DNA of 64,000 nt from Octopus vulgaris. Its lineage: Eukaryota. The stretch covers positions 7,502,001-7,566,000 of the forward strand of contig OX597837.1 of the NCBI GenBank assembly GCA_951406725.2, given 5' to 3'. Under the pieces are notes generated by a model. It did not search any database and was not told where the DNA came from. It was given only the letters and a program-made list of their open reading frames with translations. Below are positions 56,430 through 64,000 of this stretch, one piece after another; positions within the stretch are counted from its first letter, which is position 1; each line of letters begins with the position of its first letter. The position numbers and the translations under genes were made by a program.

Positions 56430-57164
56430 GGATAGAAAGATAGATAGATAGATATATAGATGGATAGAAAGATAGATAGATAGATAGACACACAAATAGA
56501 TAGATGGATAGATAGACAGACAGACAGAGGGATAGATAGATAGATAGATAGATAGATGGATGGATGGATGGATACATAGATAGATAGATAGATAGATAGA
56601 GACACGCTTGTACATACACACAGAGAAATAGATAGATGCAAACAGTCTCGCATACACATACACACACAGAAAGTAGGAAACACATTCAAAGTTACTAACG
56701 CACACACACAAATACACACACACACTCAAAACATTACAAATAGACACACACAAAACAGTAGACATACAGATATATACACACACACATACACACACACACA
56801 GGCGTGCGTATATACTAGCAAATACATACACAAATACATACACAAATACTCACACATACACGCAATGCACCGTAAGCTCCCTCCCCCACACACACGTAGT
56901 TCCAACCACCACCTCCACCCCCTCGCCATTAGCGTATGCCAGGGGGGAAGAGTGGGGGGATACGGAAGAGGTGGATGCTTTAGCAAACGGTTGAATGGAT
57001 TAGATGTGTGTGTATGCGTACATGTGTTTGAGTATGTGCGTGTACGTGTGTATGCATGCGTGTGTGTGTGTGTGTGTTCTGTGTATAGAACAGTGTAGGT
57101 GGGGGTAGAGGGAGTGGTAGGGCGGGGCAGGTTAGTGCTTGTTAGCAAGAATGCCTTGCCAGAA

Positions 57165-57855
57165 TGAAGGTGGTGGTGGTGGTAAGGGTAATGGTTGCAA
57201 GGGGGTGGTGATGGTTGATAGTAGTGTTGGTGGTAGCGGTGGTGGTAGTAGTGGTGATGGTGGTGGGGTGGTAGTTGTGGTGGTGGTTATGGTGGTGGTA
57301 GTCCTGAGACTGATGATGGTGGTGGTAGTGGTGGCAGTTGTAGTTGTGGTGGTGGTGGTGGTTGTAGTTGTAGTGGTGGCAGTGATAACAGTGGTGGTGG
57401 TAGTGGTGACGATGATAGTAGTGGTGGTGGTGGTGGTGATAGCAGTGCTGGTGGTGGTTGTAGTTGTGATGATAGTTGTAGTTGTGGTGGTAGTGCTGAT
57501 GGTGATGATAATAATGGTGGTGGTGGTAGTGGTGACGATGGTGGTGGTGGTGGTTGTAGTTGTGGTGATAGTTGTAGTTGTGGTGGTAGTGCTGATGGTG
57601 ATGATAATAATGGTGGTGGTGGTGGTGGTGGTAGTGGTAGTGGTGACGATGGTGGTGGTGGTGGTTGTAGTTGTGGTGATAGTTGTAGTTGTGGTGGTAG
57701 TGCTGATGGTGATGATAGTAGTGGTGGTGGTGGTAGTAGTAGCAGTGCTGGTTGTGGTGGTAGTAGTTGTAGTTGTAGTGTTGATGATGATAGTGGTGGT
57801 TGTGGTAGTGCTGGTAGAGGTGGTGGTGGTAGTGTTGGTGTTTGAAGATGTTGTT
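57165..57855. repeat. (GTG/GTA/GAT)n trinucleotide field; similar at 418-690, 31335-33050, 35580-35900, 59055-60900
   Basis: Directly visible. Confidence 0.95.
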
Positions 57856-59731
57856 TAACACCCAGCACCAGGTCAACTTCGATCAAATAGAAGCTACAAT
57901 GAAAAACCATCCCAGTCATGACCATCCCATCTGAAAGTGTGTGTGTGGGGGGTCCCAGTGTATATGGGACCAAGTTATCTAACGTGTCTTTTTGTTTCTT
58001 TTTTTATTTCTTTTTGTTTGTTTTTTCATTTCTTTTTGTTTGTTTTTTTTTTCTCTTTCTGTTTCTCATTCAAGTCAGCAAAATGCGATTTGAGGGAATT
58101 TTGGCTGCTACGACTAGCAAAATAGGCAACCATGCAGGAGCTCCCACTTTGGCCCACGGTTGAAGAAGTCTAGAGCAAGATGTACATGGATGCGTGTGTG
58201 TGTGTGTGTGTTTACATGTTTGAGTGTGTATGTATGTGTGTGTGTGTGTATGTATATATGTGTGCTACATGTGTTTATACGAGTGTATGTGTTTGCATGT
58301 CTTTATATGTGTGTGTATATGTGCGTGTATGTGTTTACACAAGTGTCTGTGTATGTATATATGTGTGTGTATGTGTTTATATGAGTGTGTTTGTGTGTAT
58401 ATATGTGTGTGTATGTGTTTATACAAATGTTTGTGTATGTATATATGTGTGTGTGTGTGTACATGTGTTTATGCGAGTATGTTTGCATGTCTGCATATGT
58501 GTATGTATATATGTGTGTGTATATGTGTGTGTATATGTGTGTATATGTATGTGAGTTTTATGAGTATGTTCATGTATATACATGCTTGTGTACATATATA
58601 TGTTTGTGTATGTGTGTGTATACTTACATATGTATATGTAAGGAAGTGCATGTTCAAGTGTTCCGGCCATGACCACTACCACCAACAAAGCGCAATACAG
58701 GAAGAAGACACGCATCGACTGACAGACGATGCTGCACTGCTCCGAGCGCATGTATGAATGCACGTGCACAAAGTTGTTGCTGTTGCAGTTTAGCACCAGG
58801 ACAATCCTGATCCAGCAAGATCTATTGATCAAACTCATTCCAGCCGTGGCCATCACCCTTCGCTTCTTTTTAACGGAGCTGCAGGACTAAGACATTTAAT
58901 GTGTCTTTCTGTCTTTGGAAATAAGATGCAGGAGGTGTGTGTGTGTGTGTGTGATTTGAGGGTGATTTAACTGTTGTTTCAAGCATGTTATATAACCACA
59001 TGGTCTCGTTGTTGCTGTTGTTATTGCTTGCGTTTTAACATGTCATCATTAATGTTTGCACCACCAACGCCACAACCAACACTACCGCCTTCACTACCAT
59101 CACCACCGCTACTACCACCCACAACTACCACCACACCAAGAACTACCACCAATACTACCGCCACTTACACTACTACCAACACCAGCACTACCACCACACC
59201 AAGAACTATCACCAACACTACCACACCACCACTACCACCACCTACACTACTACCATCATCACTGCTACTACCACCACCTCCACCACACCCACAACTACCA
59301 CCACTATACCCAGAGCTACCCCCACACTGAGAACTACCACCACCTACACTACCACTAACACCAGCACTACCACCATCACCACTACCAACCACAACACTAC
59401 AGCCACTACTACCACCACCTCCACTAACACCATCACCACTGCTTCCACCCCACCAACACTACCATCAACAACACCACTTACACTACCACCATCAACACTA
59501 CCACTACCACCACCTACACTACCATCACCTATACTACTACTGCCACCCTCCTCAATATAAACACACGTGCTTCCCCATTCCGCACTCACAACTATTGTGA
59601 CCCTGTTCTTGTTGCTGTTGTTATTGTTATGGTGCACGTCACTGTTGATGTTGTCACAATAAACAGTGTCAGCATCATCATCATCATCATAGAAAGGTAG
59701 GAAAAGAGAAAAAAATAAGCATTAGTAACTG

Positions 59732-59762
<31 letters not shown>

Positions 59763-60904
59763 GGAGGAGGGCAGAGTAATGTAATGATGTTCATGTTGTT
59801 ACTGCTGTGGTGATATATGATTGTGATGATAAGTGAAGTAAAAATGATGACGATGATGATGATGGTGATGATGGTGATAGTGGTGATGATGACGATCATG
59901 ATGATTATGGCAACAACAATGGTGGCAACAATGATGATGATGACCATGATGATGATGAGGAGGAGGAGGAGGAGGATGAAGGTGATGATGATGGTGATGA
60001 TGATCATGATGACTGATGATGATGAAGATGATGATGATGGTGATGATATCATGGTGATGATGATGCTAGTTTACAAACCAACAACGAAACGCACAACTTT
60101 ATCGCGGTCATTGAACCTGCTAGAATTAGCAGCCAAATCTCCCTCGAATTTTGCACATACAACCCCACCCACACCCTTCCCCTCCCCCTGCTGCTCCAGC
60201 TACTCACTTAAAAATCCACCCCTCCCACCCTCCCCCGGTTACCAATACAAAAAAGAAACACTTTGTAAAGCAAAAAAACCGGGGGGGGGGGGAGGTGCGG
60301 GGCGTGACAGGGGTGCAGTGGTGGCGGTGGTAGTTTAATAGCAATGATTGTGTTGTTGTTGTTGTTGGTGGTGGTGGTGGGAGTCATTTGAGCAGACAGC
60401 ATGTATCTGCCAACAGGAGGCAGCACTGATGGAGTTGTTATTGCCAAGTGTGGTGGTAATGGTGGTGGTTGTGGTGGTGGTGGTAGTTGTGGTGGTGGTG
60501 GTGGTGGTGGTGGTGGTGGTGGTGGTGTTGGTGGTGGTGGTGGTTGTGGTTGTGGTGGTGGTAGTTGTGGTAGTTGTGGTGGTGGTGATTGTGGTGGTGG
60601 TGGTAGTTGTGGTGGTGGTGGTTGTGGTGTATTGTGATAGATATGGTTTTGATGATTGTGTTATAAATTACAAACCACCACCACCACTACTACCACTACA
60701 AACACTCATCAATACCAACGCTATCACTATAACCATCACCACTCATACTACCTCCAGTACCCTCACCCTACAACCACTTCTATGACCACATACACCACTG
60801 CCACCATTACCATCATCACTACTACTATAACTACTACTACTATTACCACCATCATTACCAGTACCATCACCACCACCAACACCACCACCAATACCACTAA
60901 CACC

Positions 60905-61105
60905 TAAAACTACTTGGATAGATGCACGTTCCCACGGCTTTATCGATCGCATTCTCACCTGGAATAGATTTTTGTAATTTTTTCAAGACTTATACACACC
61001 CTGATACCGTCAGTATCTACATATCGAATTTGAGCGCAATCGGATGGAGGATGCCCGAGATCCTAGAAGACACACAGACAGACAGAATGGATTTTATATA
61101 ATAGA
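60905..61105 (-). mobile_element. Helitron 5' fragment
   Basis: Minus strand begins A|TCTATTATATAAAA followed by ctgtctgtctg, like the 5' end of the 48685 element; no 3' end seen. Confidence 0.5.
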
Positions 61106-61140
61106 TTATCTTAGAGGTCTCATAGATTTCATTGACCTCT

Positions 61141-61561
61141 CTTTACTCTTTACTCTTTTACTTGTTTCAGTCATTTGACTGCGGCCATGCTGGAGCACCG
61201 CCTTTAGTCGAGCAAATCGACCCCGGGACTTATTCTTTGTAAGCCCAGTACTTATTCTATCGGTCTCTTTTGCTGAACCGCTAAGTGATGGTGACATAAA
61301 CACACCAGCATCGGTTGTCAAGCAATGCTAGGGAGACAAACACAGACACACAAACACATACACCCACATATATATATATATTTATATATACATATATACG
61401 ACAGGCTTCTTTCAGTTTCCGTCTACCAAATCCACTCACAAGGCTTTGGTCGACCCGGGGCTATAGCAGAAGACACTTGCCCAAGATGCCACGCAGTGAG
61501 ACTGAACCCGGAACCATGTGGTTGGTTAGCAAGCTACTTACCACACAGCCACTCCTGCGCC
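61141..61561 (-). mobile_element. Full-length SINE family A
   Basis: Reverse complement of the 10672 copy. Confidence 0.85.
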
Positions 61562-62532
61562 TATTCGTTATTTTTAGAAGGACAATGTAGGGAAGGTGTG
61601 AGAGGCCAGACCTGGCCGGTTTGGGCATAAAACAAGTAGGATATTTTGGCCGGAGATGGCCGGTTTAAATGCTGAAGGGCTGAATTGACAGGCAGGCTAT
61701 TTTGACCCTTTGCCTATCTGAGGCATTTTTATGAGTTTGTCCAAAGTATCCATGCTTGTTTCCAGATTTTTAGTTAGCTCTTTGTTTCACAAGTTCTGAG
61801 TAACATGACTGGAACCCAAGCTGGTGGCACGTAATAAGCACCATTCAAGCATGGGTCAATGCCAGTTCCACCTGACTGGCTCCCATGCCGGTAGCATATA
61901 AAAAGCACCTACTATACTCTCGGAGTGGTTGGCGTTAGGAAGGGCATCCAGCTGTAGAAACCTTGCCAGATCAGATTGGAACCTAGTGTGGCCTCCTGGC
62001 TTCCCAGACCCCAATTGAACCATCCAACCCATACCAGCATGGAAAGTGGACATTAAAACAACGATGATGATGAGGATGACGATGATATATATATTTATAG
62101 ACACACACACACACACACTGATGATAAGCTTCCATACACAGTTTCTGTGCACGATATTCACTTAGAAAACATTGGTTGACCCAGGAGGACTATGGTGGGG
62201 GGACATTTGCTCCAGGTGTCACATGGTGGGATTGAACCAGAGACACATGGCTTCAATGCAAACACTCTCTAAGCCACGCAGGCCATGCTTATGTCCATAA
62301 TTATATAGAAGGGGAAAAAAAAATTATATCTACTGTTATCTGGAGGAGGGGTTGGGTGGTGGAGGAGGAGGAGGAGGAGGAGGAAGGGGCACGAGGAGAG
62401 GGAGGGGAGGGAGGAGATGAAGCGGAGGAGGAGGAGGAAAAGAAGAAGATGAAGAAGAAGGAGAAGAAGAAGCAGCAGCGAAGGAGAAGGACCATCATTA
62501 TCTTCATCTCAGCACTGTGGCTGATTATTTCG

Positions 62533-62546
62533 GTTTCTATGGCAAC
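62533..62546. promoter_or_regulatory. RFX X-box motif GTTTCTATGGCAAC
   Basis: Fits the X-box consensus GTYNCY-AT-RGNAAC, in a short non-repeat island. Confidence 0.35.
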
Positions 62547-62876
62547 CAGAAACAGACTGTCTGCCAACAGAGTCGATTCCAGAATGAAAGAAAGAAAGAA
62601 AGAATGAAAGAAAGAAAGAAAACAAAGAAGAAAAAGGAAAAGAAAAAGAAAACCTTCACACCACCCACTGAACACCCACAAACCTTTCTGGATCCTACCA
62701 CCACCACCACCACTACTACTACTAGCGCCACCATTACCATTATCTCACACTTCAAGACATTACCACTTTCCAAGAGGTTTCCTTCTTCCATCGCCAACTT
62801 ATATATATATATATATACATACCATTATTATATATATATATATACCATCATATATATATATATATATATATATACC

Positions 62877-62928
<52 letters not shown>

Positions 62929-63159
62929 ATTAATGCGACCAACATCATTTAATTCCATCCATTCCGCCATCTTCATTGCAATGAGGTGTGTGTGTGTCTG
63001 TGTGTGATGTGGAGATCAATATATTTATATATACCCACTCATATTCATTTCTACACACACACATTTGTATTCACAGATCTACATAACATATACACAAATA
63101 TATGCATATACATACATACATGTATATAATATACATACACACACAAAAACACACACATA

Positions 63160-63191
<32 letters not shown>

Positions 63192-64000
63192 CATACACAC
63201 ACACACACTTATCTACATCTACATACATATGTATATACACATACATATATACAGATATACACAAACACATGTACACACACATATCTATAATATACACACA
63301 AACACACAGCTATAGCCACACATACACACCTACACACACACATATATACATAAATATACATACATACATATACGCACACACACAACTGCATATATACATA
63401 AATATATAGACATATAGAAATATACACATGCACATGCACACACACACATCTATAGCCACACACACCCATAAACACACACACACATATATACATATACACC
63501 TGTCTATAGCTACATACATATATGTCATCATCATCATCTCTTAACGTCCGCTTTCCAATGCTGGCATGGGTTGGACAATTTGACTGAGGTCTGGCGAACC
63601 AGAAGGCTGCACCAGGCTCCCAATCTGATCTGGCAGATTTTATACAGCTGGATGCCCTTCCTAATGCCAAGCACTCCGAGAATGTAGTGGGGTGCCTTTA
63701 CATGGTGCTGGCACGAGGGCCAGTCAGGCAGTACTGGCAACGGCCACGCTCAAGTGGTGTTTTTTACCTGCCACCTGCTCAGGAGCCAGTCCAGCGGCTG
63801 GTAGCAAGTAATAAGCACCATTCAAGCATGGGTCGATGTCAGTGCCACCTGACTGACTCCCCATCTCGGTGGTACATAAAAAGCACACTTTCTGAATGTG
63901 GTCGATGCCAGTGCCACCTGACTGGCGGAGGAATTGTTTTCAATTGTGTTTGCTTGTCTATCCATGGTCAAGATATCTCAAGAACAGCTGGATAGATTCG

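Noticed and set aside
62301-62507. Signal-peptide-like ORF MKIMMVLLLRCCFFF...
   Set aside because: Hydrophobicity comes from (TTC/TCC)n repeats; no convincing donor.
405-63995. Numerous YI/HT/CV/poly-V/poly-H and SINE-derived ORFs in the track
   Set aside because: Translations of simple repeats and SINEs.

Overview
Eukaryotic, AT-rich, extremely repeat-dense DNA. The SINE families, (TA/CA)n load and TTAGGG tracts look like a coleoid cephalopod (Octopus-like); this is inferred from repeat similarity, not proven. Nearly all ORFs in the track are microsatellite or SINE artefacts. The window reads best as the 5' part of a very long-intron gene on the minus strand, with a few small candidate exons: a GC-rich His/Pro/Gly exon (55579-55839), a 63-nt exon with recursive-splice (AG|GTAAGT) architecture (21109-21171), a possible 67-nt exon (8089-8155) and a signal-peptide exon (2203-2364). 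The gene identity cannot be determined. The introns hold three SINE families, piggyBac-, Merlin-, hAT-, Tc1/mariner-, pogo- and Helitron-type fossils, Penelope-like fragments with minimal hammerhead ribozymes, and several minisatellites. The most notable signals are the recursive splice site/RS-exon with a nearby cluster of anti-donor motifs, and a 168-bp inverted repeat carrying a hammerhead ribozyme in each arm. Repeat boundaries are approximate unless a TSD or TIR is quoted.
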